DNA from: Blastocatellia bacterium
Lineage (GTDB): Bacteria; Acidobacteriota; Blastocatellia; UBA7656
Reading direction: 5' to 3'
Assembly (NCBI GenBank): GCA_036003885.1
Contig: DASYSA010000061.1
Location: 1 to 21,715 of the forward strand
Length of the DNA stretch: 21,715 nt
The first letter of the stretch is position 1; each line of letters begins with the position of its first letter. This document shows positions 1 to 8,030 of the stretch, piece after piece. The position numbers and the translations under genes were made by a program. Below the pieces are notes generated by a model. It made no database searches. It had not been told where the DNA came from and saw nothing but the letters and a program-made list of their open reading frames with translations.

Positions 1-3000
1 GGGACTGCGCTCCGAGTAGAACGTCGATATTGGATCTCCGATCCTGTATCCGGTCAAACCCAGTATCGCTTCGTCAACCACAACCACCGCAAGCTCGCTC
101 CCGGCGACCGGCTTGCCTGCGGCGTCTCGCACTTCGACATCGACTAGCGTCTCACCGCCCGGCTCCAGCGTCTTTTCGCGTGGCGTGGCCTCCACCGATA
201 ACTTTCGCGCCAGCGGCGGTACCAGGAGATTCAACGAACCCCTTGCGAAGGCGGGACGCTTCGGCGCCCGCTCGTTAGGCTTGCCCTCATCGTCGGTTCG
301 CACAGCCTCGCCGACCAGGTCCACCTGCACGTAAACGTTCGGGATGTAGCCTTCGCCGATGGGTACTCGAAGCGTGTATGACGGGCCGTCCATCGTGAAA
401 CGCTCGCTCTTCACGATACCCGAACGCCTGAGCGTCATCACTGCCTCTGCGGGATAGAACGGAGCCTGCACGAGAATCTCGGCTGTATCACCAGGCTGAT
501 AGTCCTTGCGCTCGGGTATCAGGTTGCAGTCTTCCTGCTCGACGTTGCGCTTAGGAACGACTTTGCCGCCGGCAACCCACAGGGTCAGTTCGCTTTCGTT
601 GCGGCGTTCGCGATTGTCGATTATCGAAGCGGTGACCCTGTACATCCCGCCCTCTTTCGCCTCGAAGCGACACTCGACCTGATCGGCCGCCGACCTCACC
701 ACGCAATCCTGCGGGTTGATCTCCTTCTGCTTCCACTCGCCTTTCTCAAAGACCCAATCCATCAACACCGCTCGCATTCTGATCTCGCGCCCGGCGATCG
801 CTTTGCCATCCAGATCGGTGACGATCGATTGGACAACCAGCGGCTGGCCCTTTTGAACGAAGGTGCGCGGGCTGCGAATGCCGACGTAGAGATCGGCCGG
901 GTGCACGAGCATGCTCGTCGAAGCTGCCCACTCCTGGCGGTTCACATCAGTCACGCTCGCTGTTGCCGTGACAGTCCAGGGCCTCGGAGGATCCGCTGAC
1001 ACGAAATCGATTCGAAGCCTGTGCTTTCCTGCTGCATCCGTTCGGCCGGCAAATGATTCGGCTCGACGATCGTCTCGCTGGTTATAGGGAATCCACCAGG
1101 GGATCCACTTACCGAAAGTGAAGTCGTCGCGATTGGGTGGTGTGAACTGCGCCGGTGTCGTCATCACCGTCCAGTTTACTTCGGCATCAGGCAGCCCGCC
1201 GCCGGCGTAGTAAGCCGCCATCATCGTGGCCTCAGCCTTCTCCCCGACGAAGTGAGGGCCTTCGCTCGCCTGGGCCGTCACTTCGAACTCAGGCCTTCGG
1301 AATTCCTGAACCTGGAGTTGGTGCTGATACTCCCGGCTCAATCCTTCGCCTGTTCCGCCCTCGGCTGAGAATCGAATAGCGGCATAGCCGAGGTTCATTG
1401 TGGGCGGCAGTTTGAACGCAGTGTCGAAGCCCCCGAGCGCGTTGATTGCAGCATTGCCCTTCAGCACGTCGTTGCCGCGAGAATCTTTCACCGTGTACGC
1501 AACGCCCGAAGCTGCGTCGCCGAGGGGGCCGACGTCTCCTTCTTTGCCGCGGCCTATGCGGCGAATCCAGCCTTTGACGTGGACCTCTTCGCCGGGGCGG
1601 TACATCTTACGGTCATCGAAGACGAACCAGGAAAGAGCATCACGCAGATCGCTTTTGATCCAGCCGCCGCCTCTCATCCCCTGATAGGAGTTCTGGGGAA
1701 GAAGGGCGACGTCGTTGCCCGTCCGAGCAACCAGAAGCTGAGAGCCATGCGGCAGGCTGCCAACCAGAGCGAAGCGAGCCAGCCCGTCTGTTTGCGTCAG
1801 CGAGTTGGCGTATGACTCCAGTCTGCCGGCCTGTGATACTTCGATTGACATCTGCACTCCGCCCAGAGGCTTGCCATCTTTGAGCGAAGTCGCCCAACCG
1901 ATCAACGTCGAGCCATCCACGAATGCATCAAGACCTATGCGCGTCGACTGGGCCCACGACATGACAGGCCTGTTCTCCCAGCTGTTCTTCGACGGAGTCG
2001 TCGGTTCGACAACCACAATTACATTTCCCAGTCCTCCGTTCAGCGCTCGTGCGAGGTTGATGCGTGTCTCCGCCATCTCGTCAGGCTGTGCTGTTACCGC
2101 TACCGTTTCGGATACGACAAGGCGGCCCGGCGGCATCCATTGCTCGCTGGTTCCAACGCTTCCCAGGGAATCAATGTACCGACCAAAATGTTCCGGACCT
2201 ACGGAATACAGGCGCACGTTCAAGCGATCGTGGTTCACGCTATAAACCGAGAACCGCGGTGGAGCGGCAGGATCGAGCACGATGAATTGATCGCCGGATG
2301 ATGCGAGCGCGGGAGGCGCGGATTTTACATTGAAGATCAGAGACGCGGGAGCCCCCAACGTCTGCCCGAACTGATCGCGGATGGTCGAATCGAGCGTCAC
2401 CCGATAAGCCGTGCGGCCCTTCTTGACGCCACGCATCACAAGGTTCGACCCGTAGACTTCTGTCTTCAAGCCGGGCACTTCGGGATCAACCCGCACTTGA
2501 GACTTGTCAAAAGCTTCGAGGTCGAGCGAATTGCTGAACGAGATGCTCCATTGATCGAAGGGCGAGCAACTCTGCTGGTAGCCGCATTCGTGGCGCGTCA
2601 CTCGAAGAGGCCCGAAAGTTCGAAAAGCAAAAGTCTGCTCGGAAGTGGTCTTGCGCGGCCCCTCACTCGACGGTGTTCCCGGCCCGACTGCTACCGTCAC
2701 TGTCGAATCCGCGGGCAGCGGATCCACGGCGCGAAACACCAGCCAGCGATCCTTCTCGGCTTTTGAGGCCAGCAGGCTAATATTCGGATCCGCATCGATC
2801 TCTTCCCGAGTCGCGAGTCTGGCCTTTGATTCGGTCCTGCCAGCTCGCACGTGAATCGTTTGAAGCACCGCAGCGGGATCCACTCGCTGATCGAACTCGA
2901 CGTACATAAGAGTGTCGCGACGTTGTGTGCCGTCAGTCGGGTAAGAGGACTTCACCTGGGGCGGTGGCGTAACAAACTTCCAGGTCTTTGCAGCCGCGAG

Positions 3001-3678
3001 GCTGGCTCCTGTGGCCGATTTGGCGGCTCGAGAAACTTCGACGGTATACTCAGTCGCCATCGGAAAGCGGACGTCCGGATCAAACACCAGAGTCCTGGTT
3101 CCGACCCATCGCCACTTGCCCGGCGGCTCGGGCCTCAGCTTCACCGGCACTCCGCCCGCGATGGAATCGTCGTGCGACGTGACCGCTACCATCGGCTGAG
3201 AGAAGGTTACGCTCAGTTGAGGCGCAAGTGGGACATCTCCTTCCGGTGAATACCTGAGTAGCTCGAGCGGTGCCGTTGATGCCAGGTCAGGTACATCCGA
3301 ACGATCCGGAGGCGGAAAGGAAGCCTGGATAGTCTTGCCTGTTCGGGGAGGTGGAAGCGACCGGTCCCTGAGCGCGAAGTCCTTCTCGTCTTCAGCGTCG
3401 GCCTTGATCGGCTGCAGACGGCTCAGGAGATTTCGGGTGTCGCTCTCAGTGAGCGCCCTGGCGACGGCAGGCGCGATCCGGACGCCTCTCTCAGCCTGCT
3501 CGGCGCCTTCACTCAGTCTGATCTGCAGTCCGTCCGCCATTGTGCTCCCCATCCGCGGCGCGCGAACTCCGCCTGGTCGCCTGATCTGGCCATTCGCAGT
3601 CGGCCGGCTAATCAAAGGAAGAAGTGCGAACGATTGGACAACCAGAACCAATGCGCAAACAACCCTCTTGAGAGACAT
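1..3678 (-). CDS. Large secreted MG-domain protein, alpha-2-macroglobulin family-like (N-terminal ~1225 aa; 3' end continues beyond window start)
   Basis: Uninterrupted minus-strand frame from ATG at 3678..3676 (GAGGA 8 nt upstream; in-frame stop further upstream at 3751..3753) to the window edge. It is missing from the complete-ORF track only because there is no stop in the window; the dense short antisense + ORFs over 1..3700 are typical of one long high-GC gene. The N-terminus MSLKRVVCALVLVVQSFALLPLISRPTA is a signal peptide. The protein has repeated beta-sandwich (MG/CarbopepD_reg-like) segments. Near the window start, the segment LAVVVVDEAILGLTGYRIGDPISTFY resembles the conserved A2M-family VDE[GS]VL region. 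Confidence 0.55.
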   Translation of the reverse strand, partial: MSLKRVVCALVLVVQSFALLPLISRPTANGQIRRPGGVRAPRMGSTMADGLQIRLSEGAEQAERGVRIAPAVARALTESDTRNLLSRLQPIKADAEDEKDFALRDRSLPPPRTGKTIQASFPPPDRSDVPDLASTAPLELLRYSPEGDVPLAPQLSVTFSQPMVAVTSHDDSIAGGVPVKLRPEPPGKWRWVGTRTLVFDPDVRFPMATEYTVEVSRAAKSATGASLAAAKTWKFVTPPPQVKSSYPTDGTQRRDTLMYVEFDQRVDPAAVLQTIHVRAGRTESKARLATREEIDADPNISLLASKAEKDRWLVFRAVDPLPADSTVTVAVGPGTPSSEGPRKTTSEQTFAFRTFGPLRVTRHECGYQQSCSPFDQWSISFSNSLDLEAFDKSQVRVDPEVPGLKTEVYGSNLVMRGVKKGRTAYRVTLDSTIRDQFGQTLGAPASLIFNVKSAPPALASSGDQFIVLDPAAPPRFSVYSVNHDRLNVRLYSVGPEHFGRYIDSLGSVGTSEQWMPPGRLVVSETVAVTAQPDEMAETRINLARALNGGLGNVIVVVEPTTPSKNSWENRPVMSWAQSTRIGLDAFVDGSTLIGWATSLKDGKPLGGVQMSIEVSQAGRLESYANSLTQTDGLARFALVGSLPHGSQLLVARTGNDVALLPQNSYQGMRGGGWIKSDLRDALSWFVFDDRKMYRPGEEVHVKGWIRRIGRGKEGDVGPLGDAASGVAYTVKDSRGNDVLKGNAAINALGGFDTAFKLPPTMNLGYAAIRFSAEGGTGEGLSREYQHQLQVQEFRRPEFEVTAQASEGPHFVGEKAEATMMAAYYAGGGLPDAEVNWTVMTTPAQFTPPNRDDFTFGKWIPWWIPYNQRDDRRAESFAGRTDAAGKHRLRIDFVSADPPRPWTVTATASVTDVNRQEWAASTSMLVHPADLYVGIRSPRTFVQKGQPLVVQSIVTDLDGKAIAGREIRMRAVLMDWVFEKGEWKQKEINPQDCVVRSAADQVECRFEAKEGGMYRVTASIIDNRERRNESELTLWVAGGKVVPKRNVEQEDCNLIPERKDYQPGDTAEILVQAPFYPAEAVMTLRRSGIVKSERFTMDGPSYTLRVPIGEGYIPNVYVQVDLVGEAVRTDDEGKPNERAPKRPAFARGSLNLLVPPLARKLSVEATPREKTLEPGGETLVDVEVRDAAGKPVAGSELAVVVVDEAILGLTGYRIGDPISTFYSERSP

Positions 3679-3984
3679 AGTGGTCCTCGAATCTCTTTTG
3701 AATAAACCGGCCGCGTTCGGAGCTGATCGCTTGCGTTGATCTGAGGCAAGCTAAAGGTCTGAACTCTGAACGTCTCGGTCAAACGTACATCCGCAGCGTG
3801 CTGATTGGCAATCCATGTAATTGAATCCCCCACGTCCCCAAAGGTTGCAATCTTTCTTGCATCCTTTGGCGCGGCCGGGTCGTAGTAGCCTGCTCGCAAG
3901 CGGCTCGCCGCAACGGAGCTTCACAAAATAAGACTATCAGGGTAAGCGCCATCATCCTGGCCAGGAATTTCGAGGAGAGAATAG

Positions 3985-5703
3985 ATGAAACGTATCAGAA
4001 TACTGACAGCACTCGTCACACAAGTGGCTCTTGTGGCCGCCTTCACGCTGGGAGTCGGACACGCGAAATCCAACGGCGGACGCGACGGAATCAAGGTTGA
4101 AGACTTGAGGGAGTGGCTGACCTACCTTTCTTCAGATGACTTGGAAGGGCGCAATACCTATACCGAGGGTCTCGGGCTTGCCGCCGGCTTCATTTCCGCA
4201 CAGTTGAAGTCGTGGGGCATCAAGCCTGGAGGGCCGAACGGCTCCTATTTCCAACGCGTGCCGGTGCAGGGGATCAAGGTCGACAACCACTCCACCATCA
4301 TCGCCGAAGTCAACGGCCAGACACGCACCTTCAAGAATGGCGAAGGCGTCAGATTCCCGACGAACTCCGGAGGCAAGCAGAGCCTCACGGCCAGTGAGGT
4401 AGAGTTCATGGGATATGGGCTGAGCGCACCCGATGCGGGCCACGATGACTATGCGGGTCGCAACGTGAAATCCAAAGTCGTTGTGTTTCTGGGCGCGAGC
4501 GGTCCCGCGGGATTGGCCCCGCAGTATCGTCGTGTCGTGTTCTCGCGAGGGGGTTTCGCGACCGGGCTACCGGGCGCAGTGGCCAGCATTGGTCCCCCGA
4601 GAGGGACGGGTCAGGGCGGCCCAGGCCGCGGCGACGGCGCTCCTCCAGCCGGAAGTGGTCAGCAGGGAGCTGGTGAGCAGCCTGACTTCACGACGGTCGA
4701 GCGGTTGGACAGATCGGTGCCTCCCCAGGTCTCGGCTCAGGATGACTTCTTCGAATTCCTCTTCAGCGGCGCGGATGTGAAGTACGCTGAGTTGAAAGAG
4801 AAAGCCGCCAAGGGCGATCCTCTGCCAAAGGTTTCTCTGAAGAATGTCCGCCTCACCTTCAATGTCGATGCGGAATACAGGGTAGTGCGCACGCAGTACA
4901 CTCGCAACGTGATCGGCATAATCGAAGGGACCGATCCCAAACTGAAGGATACCTACGTGGCCTTCGGCGCGCACTACGACCACGTAGGCTACGCCGAAGC
5001 AGAGGTTGTTAAGACCGATACCGGTTCGAGACGAATGGGCCGCTCACCCGGCCGCATCACCGAAGGCGCCATCGAAGACCGGATATGGAACGGCGCTGAC
5101 GACGATGGCTCGGGCACAGTGTCGATCATGGCAATCGCAAAGGCGTTTGCGACTGGAACGCGACCGCGCCGCTCCCTCCTCTTCGTCTGGCACGCCGGGG
5201 AAGAGAAGGGCCTGTTGGGCTCGCGTCACTTTGCGGACTTCCCGACCGTTCCCATCGACAAGATAGTTGCGCAGGTGAACATCGATATGATCGGGCGCAA
5301 CGACAAGAACGACCCCACGAAAGGCAACAGCGTTTTTGTAGTTGGTTCGGATCGCATCAGCACCGAGTTGCACAACGTTTCGATCGATGCGAATGCGTCG
5401 TTTGGGAAGCCGCTGGACCTCGACTTCGCGATGAACGACCCGACGGACCCGGAGCAGATCTACTACCGGAGCGACCACTTCAGCTACGCAGCCAAAGGAA
5501 TTCCCATCATTTTTCTGTACACTGGCACACATCCCGATTATCACGCGAATACGGACAGCGTCGAGAAGATCCTCTTCGACAAAATGGCTCGAATAGCTCA
5601 GTTTGCCTATGAGGTTGGTGTCAGGGTTGGAAATCTCGACCACGCGCCGGTCCGAGACAACAAGGGCCCGCGGGTTGGTAAGGGGAGTTCAGGGAAGCTT
5701 TGA
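3985..5703 (+). CDS. M28 family zinc aminopeptidase with PA domain, secreted
   Basis: 572-aa ORF with SD GAGGAGA upstream. Signal peptide MKRIRILTALVTQVALVAAF. M28 metal-ligand motifs: FGAHYDHVGY, NGADDDGSGTVSIMAIAKAF, HAGEEKGLLGSRHF, DMIGR and a late His (YTGTHPDYH). Confidence 0.85.
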   Translation: MKRIRILTALVTQVALVAAFTLGVGHAKSNGGRDGIKVEDLREWLTYLSSDDLEGRNTYTEGLGLAAGFISAQLKSWGIKPGGPNGSYFQRVPVQGIKVDNHSTIIAEVNGQTRTFKNGEGVRFPTNSGGKQSLTASEVEFMGYGLSAPDAGHDDYAGRNVKSKVVVFLGASGPAGLAPQYRRVVFSRGGFATGLPGAVASIGPPRGTGQGGPGRGDGAPPAGSGQQGAGEQPDFTTVERLDRSVPPQVSAQDDFFEFLFSGADVKYAELKEKAAKGDPLPKVSLKNVRLTFNVDAEYRVVRTQYTRNVIGIIEGTDPKLKDTYVAFGAHYDHVGYAEAEVVKTDTGSRRMGRSPGRITEGAIEDRIWNGADDDGSGTVSIMAIAKAFATGTRPRRSLLFVWHAGEEKGLLGSRHFADFPTVPIDKIVAQVNIDMIGRNDKNDPTKGNSVFVVGSDRISTELHNVSIDANASFGKPLDLDFAMNDPTDPEQIYYRSDHFSYAAKGIPIIFLYTGTHPDYHANTDSVEKILFDKMARIAQFAYEVGVRVGNLDHAPVRDNKGPRVGKGSSGKL

Positions 5704-5726
5704 TGCAGGTGAGTACCAGGTCAACT

Positions 5727-6305
5727 TCATTCCCATTCGGGAAGTAAGTCATCAACGGACATTGACCAGCCCGGCACTGCGTCACCCGCATTCGTAACGT
5801 CGCCGCCACGATAGATGATCGGTTTCGCGGGATCGCCGGCATGATACGATTTGATCTTCTCGGGACTGAGAACGTCTACATCCCAGACGCAGAGTGTTCC
5901 CGCTGCAAAATAGTCTCTGCGCTTGTCGGCCATCCTTTGCTCCGCCGCCGGGCCGTAGTCCCTTTCGCTTCTGATCTCTACCGCAAAGGCCGGCGCTCCC
6001 TCGAGGAATCGCATGCCTGTGGGTCTCCCCGTATACCAGGCTGCGTCGGGGCTGAATGAACCGCGGTTCGGAAGATCGACTATGAAGCCGGCATTGTCTG
6101 GAATTGCATACCCTGATCTTGTCTTTCGTTCGTGATCGCTCAGGCTACGGTAGATAGCACCTGAGGACCGAATCGGCCAGAATCCAGTGGGCTCCATGAC
6201 CAGGAGTTCTCCGTTGACGATTTCAGCCTTGCCATTTTCAGGAACGTGATAGAGATCCTCGATTGTCGCTTTAGTCTTTGCAGTCATAACAAACCCGTTG
6301 GCCAA
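5727..6305 (-). CDS. Uma2 family endonuclease (DUF820, putative PD-(D/E)XK restriction-endonuclease-like)
   Basis: 192-aa ORF. TIEDLYHVPENGKAEIVNGELLVMEP, APAFAVEIRSERD and YFAAGTLCVWDVDV match the conserved Uma2/DUF820 blocks (E..G.L..sP ... D.v.Ev.S ... Y...GV.EYW.vD). It is convergent with the M28 gene. The start could alternatively be Met7. Confidence 0.75.
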   Translation of the reverse strand: MANGFVMTAKTKATIEDLYHVPENGKAEIVNGELLVMEPTGFWPIRSSGAIYRSLSDHERKTRSGYAIPDNAGFIVDLPNRGSFSPDAAWYTGRPTGMRFLEGAPAFAVEIRSERDYGPAAEQRMADKRRDYFAAGTLCVWDVDVLSPEKIKSYHAGDPAKPIIYRGGDVTNAGDAVPGWSMSVDDLLPEWE

Positions 6306-6368
6306 TCATAACGCGGGGGTACTGGAGCAACACACGGCGGGTAGGCCGAGTCTAAGCGTCCGTTACGA

Positions 6369-6995
6369 TCACATCACAGGCAAGACCGGCAGACCCACGA
6401 CATCAATGATCATATCGCGCGCGTCGATCTGAAGGTCGTATTCGCCTGAGCCGATCCGGCGTATGGTAAAGACGCCAATCTCGTCGGTGACGGCGGACGA
6501 TACTGTTTCACCTTCACGAGCGAGAGCGATTGCCATGCCCGCGACCGCGTCGAACCCAGATTCGGATGTACTCAGCACTTGCCCGATGAGGTCGACGCCG
6601 GTATCGCTTGCCGCGGCGATCCGAAGGTCTATGCTGTAGTCGTCAACGGCGTAGAGCAGATGGCGTGAAGGCGCCGCGCCGGATCTTGCACCGGCCGGGG
6701 ACGGTTGCGAGAGACTGTCGAAGATGAGCCTGGCGGCGGCTCGCGCGGCCCGTTTCCCGGCGCTCTCGGTTTGCGTCCTGTTCTCGAACAACCGCACTGC
6801 CCGTCTGAAAACCCATTCCGGAGGCTCGACCTGCGCGGGCCCAAGCTTCATCGACGTGAGAAGACCGTACCAGCGGCGATCGGCTTCGCACCGCCCGCAT
6901 CCTTGCGCCAGGTGCTCTGCCACCAGCCGCCCGTCTTCATCCGAGAGCCGGCCATCAAGATAATCTATCAACCGGTCGAATCCGACACACTTCAT
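6369..6995 (-). CDS. zf-HC2 (anti-sigma-factor-like) zinc-finger protein with C-terminal CarbopepD_reg-like beta-sandwich domain, no TM segment
   Basis: 208-aa ORF. The N-terminus MKCVGFDRLIDYLDGRLSDEDGRLVAEHLAQGCGRCEA is a classic zf-HC2 anti-sigma signature (H...C..C). The C-terminal DLIGQVLSTSESGFDAVAGMAIALAREGETVSSAVTDEIGVFTIRRIGSGEYDLQID fits the carboxypeptidase-regulatory-like G.V.d..g.p..ga.v.l....T.td..G.F.f..l..G.Y pattern. Confidence 0.6.
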   Translation of the reverse strand: MKCVGFDRLIDYLDGRLSDEDGRLVAEHLAQGCGRCEADRRWYGLLTSMKLGPAQVEPPEWVFRRAVRLFENRTQTESAGKRAARAAARLIFDSLSQPSPAGARSGAAPSRHLLYAVDDYSIDLRIAAASDTGVDLIGQVLSTSESGFDAVAGMAIALAREGETVSSAVTDEIGVFTIRRIGSGEYDLQIDARDMIIDVVGLPVLPVM

Positions 6996-7056
6996 AGCAA
7001 TCAGCTCCGCGCGCCTCTGTCAACGTATTAGAGACTCAACACAAGAGATAAAATAC

Positions 7057-7184
7057 ATGAACGTTTCTCGTTGCTCGTTTCTCGTTGCTCGTTTCTCGTT
7101 GCTCGTTTCTGCTTCGACCTTCTCCTTGCTCACGAATCTTTCCTCAATAAGAGAAACGAGCAACGAGCAACGAGCAACGTTCAT
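7057..7184. repeat. Heptamer-built long imperfect hairpin H1 (arms (cgtttct/cgttgct)n vs (gagcaac)n, ~42-nt loop)
   Basis: Left arm atgaacgtttctcgttgctcgtttctcgttgctcgtttctcgttgctcgtttct (7057..7110). Right arm agaaacgagcaacgagcaacgagcaacgttcat (7152..7184) is its reverse complement. The mutM stop codon (tca on +, 7181..7183) lies inside the right arm. Confidence 0.9.
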
Positions 7185-7969
7185 TTCTGGCAGCCCGGGC
7201 AGAAATACGCGGTGCGGCCGCCGATCGTCTTCCGTTCGATCGCATGTCGACAACGCTTGCAACTAGCGCCTCCCGAGTTCAGCGATACAAGAAAGTCGCG
7301 GGGAAAATCCTCCTCGGCGGCGATCGGAATCGCTCGACGGAGAACACGTCGCGTCTGCCGATGTATGCGCCGGATCTCTTCCTCCCCAAGGCTTGACGCT
7401 CGGCGGTCGGGCCGAACCGCAGCTTCGAACAGAATTTGATCAGCGTAAATGTTGCCGACTCCGGCGATTTTACTCTGATCCATCAGCAGCGGCTTGATCT
7501 GCCGCCGCGGGCTCTCCGCAATCAGACGATCGAAACGCGCGAGACTGAAAACTCGGTCGAGCGGCTCAGGCCCCATATTACGAAGGGCGGGGACCGTCGA
7601 AGGATCGTCCACCAACATCACGCGACAGATCTTGCGCGGACAGGTGAAGGCCAAGCGCGCGCCGCCGTCGAGAAGGAACTCAATTCGAGTGTAGTCCGGC
7701 TTGTGAGTGGGATTGTCGTAGTAGTGCAGATCGCCGCCCATGCCGAAGTGCAGTATGAGCGAACGGCCATCGTCGAGCTTGACGATAAGGTATTTGCCCC
7801 GGCGGGAAGCCTCGGCCAGGAGCCGCCCTCGCAGGCCGCGCACGAATGCAGCGGCGCCGGAGGACTTGATCATTCCGGGGGCGGTCACGGTGACTCGCTC
7901 GATTCTGCGGCCGAGCGCCATAAGTCGGAGGTAACGAAGTCTGACCTCAACCTCGGGAAGTTCCGGCAT
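7181..7969 (-). CDS. mutM: Formamidopyrimidine-DNA glycosylase (Fpg/MutM)
   Basis: 262-aa ORF. Canonical N-terminus MPELPEVE (catalytic Pro2/Glu3). Contains the H2TH region and a C-terminal zinc finger CKRC...YFCPGCQK. Confidence 0.92.
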   Translation of the reverse strand: MPELPEVEVRLRYLRLMALGRRIERVTVTAPGMIKSSGAAAFVRGLRGRLLAEASRRGKYLIVKLDDGRSLILHFGMGGDLHYYDNPTHKPDYTRIEFLLDGGARLAFTCPRKICRVMLVDDPSTVPALRNMGPEPLDRVFSLARFDRLIAESPRRQIKPLLMDQSKIAGVGNIYADQILFEAAVRPDRRASSLGEEEIRRIHRQTRRVLRRAIPIAAEEDFPRDFLVSLNSGGASCKRCRHAIERKTIGGRTAYFCPGCQK

Positions 7970-8030
7970 AAATAAACTGGCGAGTGAGATGCTGGAAGCC
8001 GCGTTTGCGCTTTCCGAGCTGAACTCTTTT

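Noticed and set aside
2851-3249. Multiple 60-146-aa + strand ORFs across 30..3739 (e.g. 1805..2245, 2851..3249, 3335..3739)
   Set aside because: All are antisense to, or out of frame with, the continuous minus-strand A2M-like frame. They have low-complexity Arg/Pro/Ser-rich compositions typical of spurious ORFs in high-GC DNA.
7057-7184. Hairpins as MITEs or IS remnants
   Set aside because: There are no target-site duplications and no shared terminal inverted-repeat sequence across elements. Each hairpin has its own heptamer, which is inconsistent with a transposing family. No transposase is in the window.
7970-8030. Possible terminator between TolA/TonB-like gene and mutM (ggaagccgcgtttgcgctttcc + tctttttt on + strand)
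   Set aside because: The stem is imperfect and the T-tract is on the wrong strand for the minus-strand genes, so the two genes are more likely co-transcribed.
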